64,000 nt of DNA from Polaromonas sp. (GTDB lineage Bacteria; Pseudomonadota; Gammaproteobacteria; Burkholderiales; Burkholderiaceae_C), in assembly GCA_044357185.1 (NCBI GenBank), contig JBIKPY010000006.1, forward strand, positions 4,086 through 68,085, written 5' to 3'. Below are positions 20,091 through 28,463 of the stretch, piece after piece. The notes below the pieces were generated by a model. The model was not told the DNA's origin. It saw nothing but the letters and a program-made list of their open reading frames with translations, and did not search any database. How positions within the stretch are numbered: the stretch's first letter is position 1; the number at the start of each line of letters is the position of its first letter. A program made the translations under genes and the position numbers.

Positions 20091-20474
20091 CTAGGCTGTA
20101 TCAGCACGCCACTCGGCACGCGTCATGCTGTAGTGCAGGCCCACGCTGTCGCAGTCGGGGTACACCGCGGTTTTGGCGCTGCGCACATCCACAGCGCGCA
20201 CCCGCCCGTCCAGCGCAAAGCAGATGTCGATGACTTCCTGCATCAGCGTTTCCTGCAAATTGAAGTGGCGCGAGCCCATCAAGGCAGAGACCTGCGCACG
20301 CAAGGCGTCATAGTCCACCGTTTCGGCGATGGTGTCATGCCGGGTGCGGTAGTCCGCATCAAGGGCTAAGCGCAGGTCCAGGCGAAAGGGTTGAGGGCCT
20401 GTTTTTTCAAAAGCGTGAATGCCGATAGACACCGGCAATTGCAGTGCGGCCAGTTCAATCCATTTGTCCATCAC
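20091..20474 (-). CDS. folB: FolB/FolX-family protein (dihydroneopterin aldolase/epimerase)
   Basis: IGIHAFEK, TVDY, FNLQETL, KTAVYPD; the Glu/Tyr/Glu/Lys catalytic positions of the T-fold are present. Confidence 0.82.
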   Translation of the reverse strand: MMDKWIELAALQLPVSIGIHAFEKTGPQPFRLDLRLALDADYRTRHDTIAETVDYDALRAQVSALMGSRHFNLQETLMQEVIDICFALDGRVRAVDVRSAKTAVYPDCDSVGLHYSMTRAEWRADTA

Positions 20475-21256
20475 AAGTCCTTGTTCTCAAAAGCCACGTC
20501 GCGCTGGCGCGGCACCAGGTGCTGGCCGCCGTCCACCAGCAACGTCTGGCCGGTGACGGCCAGGGCGTCGTCAAGCATCAGTACCGCCATGGCAATGTCT
20601 TGCGGCGTGCTGGACTGGCCGAGTGCGGCGATTTTTTGCGAGCGCTCAAACTCGGCCGGCGTCATGTCGCCGCTGAGCAGGGTCACGCCGGGGCTGATGG
20701 CGTTGACGCGCAAATAAGGCGCGCAGCATTGCGCCAGATAGCGGATGCTGGCGCCTGAACCCAGCTTGGCTAGTGTGTACGACAGGTAGTCGATGTTGAG
20801 GTTTTCCAGCTTCTGGTCGAGCAGCGTCACCACATGGCCGGACCGCGTGCCTGCTGCTTGGCTGTGTTGCGCAAGGTAGTGCCGGTGCAGCGCCATGGTC
20901 AGCTCGACCGGCGCGATGAAGTTGGTTTGAAGGTGCTGCTCAAAGCGCGCCGGCTCAAAACTGTGGGCGTTGTCGTACTCAAACATGGAAGCGTTGTTGA
21001 CGAGCAGGTGCAACTCGCCCGTCAGGCGCAGCACCGCGTCTACCAAGCCCGTGCGCTGGGCCGTGTCGGCCAGATCGGCCTGAATGATGAAGGCCGCCGC
21101 GGCGCCAGCGGCCAGGCAGTCCTCGCGTGTGCGCGCGGCTGCTTTGTCGCTGCCTTTGTAGTGAATCACCACCGTGTCACCGCGGCCGGCCAGCGCCAGG
21201 CAGATCTCACGCCCCAGGCGCTGGGCGCCGCCGGTCACCAGACTGACGCGGCTCAT
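20471..21256 (-). CDS. Pteridine-reductase-like SDR (FolM/PTR1/PruA type)
   Basis: TGGAQRLG (Arg in the Gly motif), VVIHY, LVNNASMF, YTLAK (YxxxK), RVNAISPG; overlaps the folB-like start. Confidence 0.82.
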   Translation of the reverse strand: MSRVSLVTGGAQRLGREICLALAGRGDTVVIHYKGSDKAAARTREDCLAAGAAAAFIIQADLADTAQRTGLVDAVLRLTGELHLLVNNASMFEYDNAHSFEPARFEQHLQTNFIAPVELTMALHRHYLAQHSQAAGTRSGHVVTLLDQKLENLNIDYLSYTLAKLGSGASIRYLAQCCAPYLRVNAISPGVTLLSGDMTPAEFERSQKIAALGQSSTPQDIAMAVLMLDDALAVTGQTLLVDGGQHLVPRQRDVAFENKDL

Positions 21257-21532
21257 GACACGCGCCCCTTGGCATTTGGATTCGTTAGCATCTGACTGTC
21301 CGTGTTCATGGTCGTGTTCGTTCGGGTGTGGCTGAGCCAGCCCCAATTACAACACCTGGCGAATCTGCATGGTGTCCGGTGTCGGCCCGGCTGGCTTGGA
21401 CATTGCTTGTCTTCAAAAGCAAGCACTTAAAGGCTTTGCTAAAGTAAGAAAAACATCACATGATTGCGTAGTTTTTTGTGGTGAAATAGAACTTTAAGTT
21501 GATTTTCGTTTAACTCAGTGTCAAAAGTACTT

Positions 21533-22045
21533 ATGGAAAACAGATTCGTAGCATGGTGGCTGGCTGTTGTTTTCACTGCTGGTTTTCCGTCCTGGGCAGC
21601 AGCCGCAGACCCGGCCGCTGTTTTGTTGACGGTGACGGGCAATATCCAGCCGGCCAAAAATACGGCCGGCAACAAAGTCACCTTCAACTTTAAAGAGCTC
21701 AGCGCAATGCCCGTCACCAGCATCCGCGCCACCACCAACTATTCGGGCAACGCCGAATACACCGGCCCGTTGATGAAAGACGTGCTCGCCAAGGCGGGCA
21801 TGCCGGCCACGGCCAAGGAGGTCATTTTGGTCGGGCTTGACGGTTACCAGATCCGAGTACCTGTCAGCGACTTCGTGAAGTGGGAGGTGGTGTTGGCCTA
21901 CACCCAGAACGGCAAACGCCTGGAGATTGAAACCAAGGGCCCCTTGCTCGTCATGTACCCGAACGACAAATACCCTAAAGAGTTGCGCAACCATGCCACC
22001 AACATCAAGCAGGTCTGGGCGCTGGTGAGCGTCAAGGTTCAGTAG
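21533..22045 (+). CDS. Periplasmic SUOX/YedY-fold protein, PruR-like putative pterin receptor (GTG 21518 also possible)
   Basis: Sec signal ending AAA; LLTVTG, YTGPLMKDVL, GLDGY, KGPLLVMYPND, VWAL; no Cys and no Tat motif. Confidence 0.8.
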   Translation: MENRFVAWWLAVVFTAGFPSWAAAADPAAVLLTVTGNIQPAKNTAGNKVTFNFKELSAMPVTSIRATTNYSGNAEYTGPLMKDVLAKAGMPATAKEVILVGLDGYQIRVPVSDFVKWEVVLAYTQNGKRLEIETKGPLLVMYPNDKYPKELRNHATNIKQVWALVSVKVQ

Positions 22046-22055
22046 GTCGCCATAG

Positions 22056-23933
22056 ATGCCAAACATACCGGACAAAATCGAGCAGAAAAAATCGGGGTTT
22101 CTGCTCAAGCAGTCACGCCGTTCGATACGGTTCAAACGCTGGCTCACCGTCAGTGCGGCGAGCTCCATTCTGGTTTTGTTTGGCCTGATTGCCTACCAGT
22201 TCGCAAGCACCTGGAAGGACTACAACGAACATCTGGGGGCCAGCAGCGCGACTGAAAGCTGGCTGAACCGCAAGCTCATCAGCTACAAAAGCATTGACAG
22301 TTACGACATGCTGCTGGCCTTGCGGCGTCTGGAGGCTGCCACCCTGCGCCATGCTGTTGGCAACATGAGCCAGAAGGACCTGTCGGACCAGCGCAAACAA
22401 GTCGCTTCCATGTTTGTGCACTTTGCCCCCGGCAGCATCTTCTACAAAGATTTTTTGGTCGACTATCCATCATTCGATCCTGCCTACCAGAGCACCCTCA
22501 CTTTTTTGAATACGGCGCAAAAGTTCGAAGCCGGGTTACAGACCATCAACGTGGTTCTGGAGAGTGCCGACACTGCGCTGGGCGACTGGATGATGTTCAC
22601 GCAAGACACGATCCGCGTGGAAATCGAATTGCGCGACGGAATGGAGAGCACCATCATTTCTTTCAGGCCGCTGGCCGAGCGCACCTTCTGGATCATCAGC
22701 ATTTTGCTGAGCCTGTTTGCGGCCGCCTCGCTGGCCGCCATTTACGCCGGTTGGGGCCTGATCAAGGGCGAGCAAAGACGCTTTTCGCGCTTTGAGCTCC
22801 TGGTGTCTTCGGTCGGGCACGACCTGCTGAGCCCGCTGCAGGCTATTCAGGGTGCGGGTAGCCTGCTGGCCACCGAGCTGAGCCCGGAAAAGCGCAAGCG
22901 CTTTGCCGGCATCATCCGGCTTTCCTCGCAAACATTGGCGCGGCTGGTCGGTGACATTTTGCAGATTTCGCAAGACAAGTCGCTGGACATCCGACCCCGT
23001 GCTGTCCCTCTCGAAGACTTTTTCAGCCAGATCGCCGCCGCTTTTGAAAGCAAGGCGGAGGCCAGAGGCCTGGTCTTCAGGCGAAATTTTCTGTTGCAAG
23101 GCGCCGAGGTGAAAGTAGACCCCGAACGCCTGTCGCAGTGCGTTGGCAACTTGCTTGAAAATGCGCTGCGCTACACCGAGCTGGGCTCAGTCACCCTGTA
23201 TTGCCGGCTGGACCTGCCCGGCGACGAGTTCAGCGCCCCGCAGCTGGTGGTTGAAGTCAGCGACACCGGTATCGGCATACCGATCGAAGACCAAAGCCGG
23301 GTGTTCGAGCCTTTCGAGCAAGTCAAGGGCGCCAAGAAGCAGGGCATGGGGCTGGGCCTGTCTATCGTGCGCAGTATCGTGACGGCCATGCATGGCGAGA
23401 TACGCTTGGAGTCAGTGCATCAGCGCGGCAGCAAGTTCACCATCACGCTGCCGGTTGTGCTGGTGCAAAGCACCATTGCCGAAGCCGCGGCCGATGCGGC
23501 ACCTGTGCTGCATCCACACTGCCAACCGGTACCGGCCAAACCGGGCGGCGCTGCTATTTTGGTGGTCGATGACGATGAACTGATTCGCATCTCTGTGGTC
23601 GAGATCCTGCGGGGCGCAGGTTACAACACTGACGAAGCGCCCTCCGGCGAAGAAGCGCTGACCAAGGTGCTGGCCGGCACTTACCAGGCGGTGGTGAGCG
23701 ACATTCAAATGGGCGGCATGGACGGCTTTGAGCTGGCCCAAAGCATCCGCCAGCAAAAGCCGGCCCGGCCTTACCTGATTGCCATGACGGCGCACACCCG
23801 CAACCTGGGCAGCGGTCCCAAGGCCGCGATGTTTGATGGGTTTTTGGGCAAGCCGTTTTCTGCTGAAAGCTTGCTTGAGCAGCTGGACAAAGCCCGCGGC
23901 CGCGCCGGCGATAGCGTGGCGCTCAGCGTTTAA
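22056..23933 (+). CDS. Membrane-bound hybrid sensor histidine kinase (periplasmic sensor, HisKA, HATPase, REC)
   Basis: Two TM segments; H-box VGHDLLSPL, N-box NLLENALRYT, G1 DTGIGI, G2 GMGLGL; receiver VVDDD...SDIQM...KPF. Confidence 0.93.
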   Translation: MPNIPDKIEQKKSGFLLKQSRRSIRFKRWLTVSAASSILVLFGLIAYQFASTWKDYNEHLGASSATESWLNRKLISYKSIDSYDMLLALRRLEAATLRHAVGNMSQKDLSDQRKQVASMFVHFAPGSIFYKDFLVDYPSFDPAYQSTLTFLNTAQKFEAGLQTINVVLESADTALGDWMMFTQDTIRVEIELRDGMESTIISFRPLAERTFWIISILLSLFAAASLAAIYAGWGLIKGEQRRFSRFELLVSSVGHDLLSPLQAIQGAGSLLATELSPEKRKRFAGIIRLSSQTLARLVGDILQISQDKSLDIRPRAVPLEDFFSQIAAAFESKAEARGLVFRRNFLLQGAEVKVDPERLSQCVGNLLENALRYTELGSVTLYCRLDLPGDEFSAPQLVVEVSDTGIGIPIEDQSRVFEPFEQVKGAKKQGMGLGLSIVRSIVTAMHGEIRLESVHQRGSKFTITLPVVLVQSTIAEAAADAAPVLHPHCQPVPAKPGGAAILVVDDDELIRISVVEILRGAGYNTDEAPSGEEALTKVLAGTYQAVVSDIQMGGMDGFELAQSIRQQKPARPYLIAMTAHTRNLGSGPKAAMFDGFLGKPFSAESLLEQLDKARGRAGDSVALSV

Positions 23934-24841
23934 GACGCCGGTTTTTTAGCGCTTGCTTCAGGCGCCAGAGCCGCCAGCAGCGCTGCCAGCACAATCAACC
24001 CCCCGCCGGCCAGTGTGCGGGTGCTGAACTCGGCCGCGTCCAGCCAGGCCGAAGAGGCGCTGGCAAACAAAATCTCGGTCAGCATGACCAGTGCCGTGGT
24101 GCTGGCGGCCAGCCGCGCTGCACCGTATTGCAGCGCCAGGTTGCCCAGCAAGAAGGCCAGACACAGGCCCAGGGCCGCCGGCACACCGGCCAGCGCAAAG
24201 GCCGGTGCCGGCACAATTTGCGCGCTCATGCCGGCCCAGGCTGCGGCACCGGCCATGATGGCGCCACCGGCGAACATGGCCAGCATGCGCGACTCTGCGG
24301 GCGTCTGCCCGTGCTTGCGCAGCAACACATTGGTGAGCGCAAAAGCCAGGCCGCCCATCAGTGCCAGCCAGTCAGCGATGCTGGCCGGCACCGGCCACGG
24401 CGAGCCGGGTGACTTCAGCACGATCACCACGCCGGCCAGTGCCAGCGCCAGGCGAAAAAGCGAGCCCGCGGTGGGCTTTTCATTGAGCAGCAGCCAGGCA
24501 ATGAGCACCGACCAGGCGGGCATCAGGTAAAACAGCAGCACCACGCGCACCACATCGCCCACTGTCACGGCCCAATTGAAGCCGACGTTCGTCAGGCCCG
24601 AGGCCACCAGCAGCAGCAAGAGGCCGCGGTGTTGCAGCAAGCCGCGCCAGGCCTGCGGCTTCCATACCCACACGCCAATGGCCGCTACCAGGTAAATCAT
24701 CACCGTTGACCACAGCGGATGCAGGCCCTTGGCCTGAAGCTCGCGCAAAGGCCACCATGAAATACCCCAGACCAGCGCATTGAGCACCAGTGCCAGCACG
24801 GCCAGCGTGGGGCGGCTGGCGCCACCCTGAGTTGGCTGCAT
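23930..24841 (-). CDS. DMT/EamA-family transporter
   Basis: NALVWGISW, about 10 hydrophobic segments, LFYLMPAW, LTEILFA. Confidence 0.9.
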   Translation of the reverse strand: MQPTQGGASRPTLAVLALVLNALVWGISWWPLRELQAKGLHPLWSTVMIYLVAAIGVWVWKPQAWRGLLQHRGLLLLLVASGLTNVGFNWAVTVGDVVRVVLLFYLMPAWSVLIAWLLLNEKPTAGSLFRLALALAGVVIVLKSPGSPWPVPASIADWLALMGGLAFALTNVLLRKHGQTPAESRMLAMFAGGAIMAGAAAWAGMSAQIVPAPAFALAGVPAALGLCLAFLLGNLALQYGAARLAASTTALVMLTEILFASASSAWLDAAEFSTRTLAGGGLIVLAALLAALAPEASAKKPAS

Positions 24842-26121
24842 CAGTGGCTCTTGTCGCTGCGGGCGATGCGGAGCAGGTCTTCGACCTCCTCCTTGTGGTG
24901 CACGCAGTTGCTTTGGTGCCAGCGCTGGATGATCCACATGAAGCCGGCCACCACGATGCCAAAGGCGGTGATGGCACCAAAGGCCGACAGGCCCAGGCCG
25001 GTGGACAGGCTGTAAAACCCACCCAGCGCCAGAATGCAGGCCTGCTCGTTGAAGTTCTGCACGGCGATCGAGCGGCCGGCACCCATCAGGTTGTGGCCTC
25101 GGTGCTGCAAGAGCGCGTTCATGGGCACCACCAGAAAGCCGCCCAGGCCGCCCAGCAGAATCAGGAAAGGCGCAGCCACCCACACGTTGTCAATGAAATT
25201 CATCAGGATCACCAACAGGCCCATGCCGATGCCCAGCGGCATCACGCTGGTGGCCTGGTCCAGCCGCATGCGCATGGAGGCCAGCACCGCACCCACGGCA
25301 GTGCCGATGGCCACCACGCCCACCAGTGAGGAGGCCTGCGTGGTGCTGTAGCCCAGAGCAGCGGCGCTCCATGCCAGCACGATGTAGCGCAAGTTGCCCG
25401 ACACACCCCAGAACAGCGTGGTGGTCGCCAGCGAAATCTGGCCCAGCTTGTCGCGCCACAGGGCGGTGTTGCAGCGCCAGAAGTCAGGCAGCAGTTCGAG
25501 CTTGTTGCCTGGCATGGGCCGCATTTCGACGCCGGTGCGTGGAATGCGCGTGTTGAACCAGGCTGCCAGTATGTAGACAAAAATCAGGCAGCTGATGGCG
25601 GCTTCAGCAGCGGTATCGACGCCGGTCGTGAGACCGGGCATATCAATCTGCAGGAGCGCGGCGGAAATGTTGGCGCCCACCAGCTGGCCGCCCAGCAGCA
25701 CACCCAAAATGATGGAGGCAATGGTCAGGCCCTCGATCCAGCCGTTCGCCTTGACCAGCTGTGAGGCCGGCAGCAGCTCGGTCAGGATGCCGTACTTGGC
25801 AGGCGAGTAAGCGGCAGCGCCCAGGCCCACGATGGCGTAGGCCATCAGCGGGTGCGAGCCGAACAGCATCATCAGGCAACCCACCACCTTGATGGAGTTG
25901 CTGATGAACATGACTTGGCCTTTGGGACGGGCGTCAGCCAAAGCGCCCACAAAGGGCGCCAGCACCACGTAAAACAGCGCAAACATGGGCACCAGCGCAG
26001 CGGGCTGCCATTTGGGCGCGCCACTGTTGCGCAGCAACTCCACAGCCACCACAAACAGGGCGTTGTCAGCCAGCGAGCTGAAAAACTGCGCCGCCATGAT
26101 GGTGTAAAAACCGCGCTTCAT
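24841..26121 (-). CDS. lplT: Lysophospholipid transporter (MFS)
   Basis: MAAQFFSSLADNAL, YSPAKYGILTEL, VKANGWIEG, GRSIAVQNFNEQ. Confidence 0.93.
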   Translation of the reverse strand: MKRGFYTIMAAQFFSSLADNALFVVAVELLRNSGAPKWQPAALVPMFALFYVVLAPFVGALADARPKGQVMFISNSIKVVGCLMMLFGSHPLMAYAIVGLGAAAYSPAKYGILTELLPASQLVKANGWIEGLTIASIILGVLLGGQLVGANISAALLQIDMPGLTTGVDTAAEAAISCLIFVYILAAWFNTRIPRTGVEMRPMPGNKLELLPDFWRCNTALWRDKLGQISLATTTLFWGVSGNLRYIVLAWSAAALGYSTTQASSLVGVVAIGTAVGAVLASMRMRLDQATSVMPLGIGMGLLVILMNFIDNVWVAAPFLILLGGLGGFLVVPMNALLQHRGHNLMGAGRSIAVQNFNEQACILALGGFYSLSTGLGLSAFGAITAFGIVVAGFMWIIQRWHQSNCVHHKEEVEDLLRIARSDKSH

Positions 26122-26297
26122 AAATGATGCGCAATCACGGTCGGGGCGACTTCAGGTAGGGGGGCGGCAGAAAAAAAATAGCAGTTCTCCGTAGCGGTCA
26201 GGGTTTATAGCATGCGCGCCGGTGCCAAAATGGCTGCAATTAAAACCTTGACTGTCGCCCCGACCTGGTCTTGGTGATTACCCTTGAGTTTTCTCAC

Positions 26298-27389
26298 ATG
26301 CCCCGTCCGATTCTGGCAACTGTTCACACTGAGGCACTGCGCCACAACTTGCAAGCATTGCAAGTGGCCGCCGGCGATGCGCGGGTATGGGCTGTCGTCA
26401 AAGCCAACGCTTACGGCCACGGCATTGAAAGGGTGTTCGAAGGTTTGCGGGCGGCCGATGGCTTTGCACTGCTCGATCTCAACGAGGCGCAGCGCCTGCG
26501 TACTTTGGACTGGCGCGGGCCGATCCTGCTGCTAGAAGGCATTTTTGAAGCGCGCGACCTCGAGTTGTGTTCGCGCCTGGGTCTGTGGCACGTCATTCAT
26601 TGCAATGAACAGATCGACATGCTGGCTGCCCACAAAACGCAGTTGCCGCAGCGCGTGTTCCTCAAAATGAACAGCGGCATGAACCGGCTGGGCTTCAAGC
26701 CCGACCGCTTTCGCGCCGCCTGGACGCGGCTGAACGCACTGCCGCAGGTGGACGAGATTTCGCTCATGACGCACTTCAGTGATGCCGATGGGCCGGCCGG
26801 TGTTGCCGCGCAGTTTCAGGCCTTTGAGGCGACCACACACGACCTGCCCGGGGAGCGTACTTTGAGCAACAGCGCAGCCCTGTTGCGCCACGGCGAAGCG
26901 CTGGCCGAGCGCTCGGATTGGGTGCGCCCCGGCATCGCGGTCTACGGCAGCGCTGCAGATTTTCCGCAGCACAGCGCCGGCCAGTGGGGCCTGCAGCCGG
27001 CCATGACGCTCAGTGCCAAGTTGATCGCTGTGCAGCAACTGGAAACCGGTGACTCGGTGGGCTACGGCGCCACATTCACGGCAGACCGCGCCATGCGCAT
27101 TGGCGTGGTGGCTTGCGGTTATGCCGACGGCTACCCGCGCCACAGCGGCACCGGTGCGCCTGTGCTGGTGGACGGTGTGCGCACCCGGCTGGTGGGCCGC
27201 GTCAGCATGGACATGATTGCGGTGGACCTGAGTCCGGTGCCCGGTGCCGGCATCGGCAGCGAGGTCACACTGTGGGGCACGTCCGCCAGCGGCGCCGTCT
27301 TGCCCATCGACGAAGTGGCCGCTGCCGCCGGCACCGTGAGCTACGAGCTGATGTGCGCCGTGGCTGCCCGCGTGCCTTTTGCGGTTTAG
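26298..27389 (+). CDS. alr: Alanine racemase
   Basis: [11 protein letters not shown] (PLP Lys), [21 protein letters not shown]. Confidence 0.96.
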   Translation: MPRPILATVHTEALRHNLQALQVAAGDARVWAVVKANAYGHGIERVFEGLRAADGFALLDLNEAQRLRTLDWRGPILLLEGIFEARDLELCSRLGLWHVIHCNEQIDMLAAHKTQLPQRVFLKMNSGMNRLGFKPDRFRAAWTRLNALPQVDEISLMTHFSDADGPAGVAAQFQAFEATTHDLPGERTLSNSAALLRHGEALAERSDWVRPGIAVYGSAADFPQHSAGQWGLQPAMTLSAKLIAVQQLETGDSVGYGATFTADRAMRIGVVACGYADGYPRHSGTGAPVLVDGVRTRLVGRVSMDMIAVDLSPVPGAGIGSEVTLWGTSASGAVLPIDEVAAAAGTVSYELMCAVAARVPFAV

Positions 27390-27412
27390 GCGGCTTAAGC
27401 GGCTTAGGCGGC
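27386..27412 (+). repeat. Tandem 9-bp repeat x3 (TTARGCGGC) containing the alr stop
   Basis: TTAGGCGGC-TTAAGCGGC-TTAGGCGGC read directly. Confidence 0.85.
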
Positions 27413-27424
27413 TAGCACCCGCAC

Positions 27425-27450
27425 CGTCATTCCTGCGCAGGCAGGAATCC
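27425..27450 (+). repeat. CGTC-tagged REP/dRS3-like palindrome
   Basis: CGTC-ATTCCT-GCGCAGGC-AGGAAT-CC, i.e. ATTCCY-N8-RGGAAT, between convergent genes. Confidence 0.8.
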
Positions 27451-27460
27451 ATTCCCACAC

Positions 27461-28363
27461 TCAGCGCTTGCGCAGCCCCAGTGCCATCACGGCGCCGACC
27501 ACCAGCAGCGCGCCGGCCACTTGCACGGGCGCAATCGACTGGTCCAGCAGCAGCCAGGCCAGCGCCAGCGCAAACACCGGCTCCACGTTCATGATGGCGG
27601 AATTACCAACCACGCCAAGCTTGGGCAGCAGCGTGAACATGACGGGAAAAGCCGTGCCGTAAAGCACGCTCAAGGCAGCCAGACCCCACCAGCCGATAGC
27701 CGCTTGCGGAAAATGAAAGCCGCCTTGCACGCCCACCAGGCAGAGTGCCATCAGACCGGCCATCGACAAGGTGGTGGCGGTGCGCACGCGGCCGTCAATG
27801 TCCGCAGCTTCGTGCTGCGTGATCACCAGCGCCAGGCCGAAGGTGCAGGCGGCAGCCAGCGCAAAGCCCACACCGGCGCCAATGCGTGACCATTGAAGAG
27901 ACGCACCCAGCCCCGATGCGGCGCCCAGCACGTCCAGCGCCAGTGCCAGGCCCAGCAAAATCACCGGCATGGCCAGCAAGAGGGCGCGCTCCGGTGCCTG
28001 CCGGTAAATCACGCGGGCCCACAGCGCCGTCCAGATCGGGTAAGTGTTGAAAGCCAGCAGCGCCAGCGCCACGGGCAGACGTGCCACCGACGAATAAAGA
28101 CACAGGCTTTGCACGCCAACCAACAGGCCGATCAGCGGCAGCATGCGCTTGTGGCGCGGCGTGAAATGCTGCGGAACGCGCTGCACCCACAGGATCACCG
28201 CCAGCACCAGCACCGTCACGCCGCTGCGAAAAACCACCGCCGTAGCCACGTCGACCCCGTTGTTGAAGGCCAGGCGGGCGGCCACGTGGTTGGCACCCAT
28301 CATCAGCGCGATCAGCAGCAAGGTGGCAAAAGCAAGGCCGCTCAGGGCGCGTGGGTTGTTCAT
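27461..28363 (-). CDS. DMT/EamA-family transporter
   Basis: Two EamA repeats, LAFNTYPIWTAL, MNVEPVFA. Confidence 0.9.
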   Translation of the reverse strand: MNNPRALSGLAFATLLLIALMMGANHVAARLAFNNGVDVATAVVFRSGVTVLVLAVILWVQRVPQHFTPRHKRMLPLIGLLVGVQSLCLYSSVARLPVALALLAFNTYPIWTALWARVIYRQAPERALLLAMPVILLGLALALDVLGAASGLGASLQWSRIGAGVGFALAAACTFGLALVITQHEAADIDGRVRTATTLSMAGLMALCLVGVQGGFHFPQAAIGWWGLAALSVLYGTAFPVMFTLLPKLGVVGNSAIMNVEPVFALALAWLLLDQSIAPVQVAGALLVVGAVMALGLRKR

Positions 28364-28463
28364 GGGCGTGTGTTTCAGACGGCGGGTTGCAAGCCAAGCC
28401 ATTATTGACTGCACCCCTGTACCCCTGTGAGCCGGCATGACCGGTGGCCGTTATATTCAGTGC

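Noticed and set aside
21257-21403. His/Glu-rich upstream extension of the SDR (HPNEHDHEH) and an 18-aa upstream ORF
   Set aside because: It depends on a TTG start without an RBS; the Rossmann motif starts right after ATG 21256; no support for translation.
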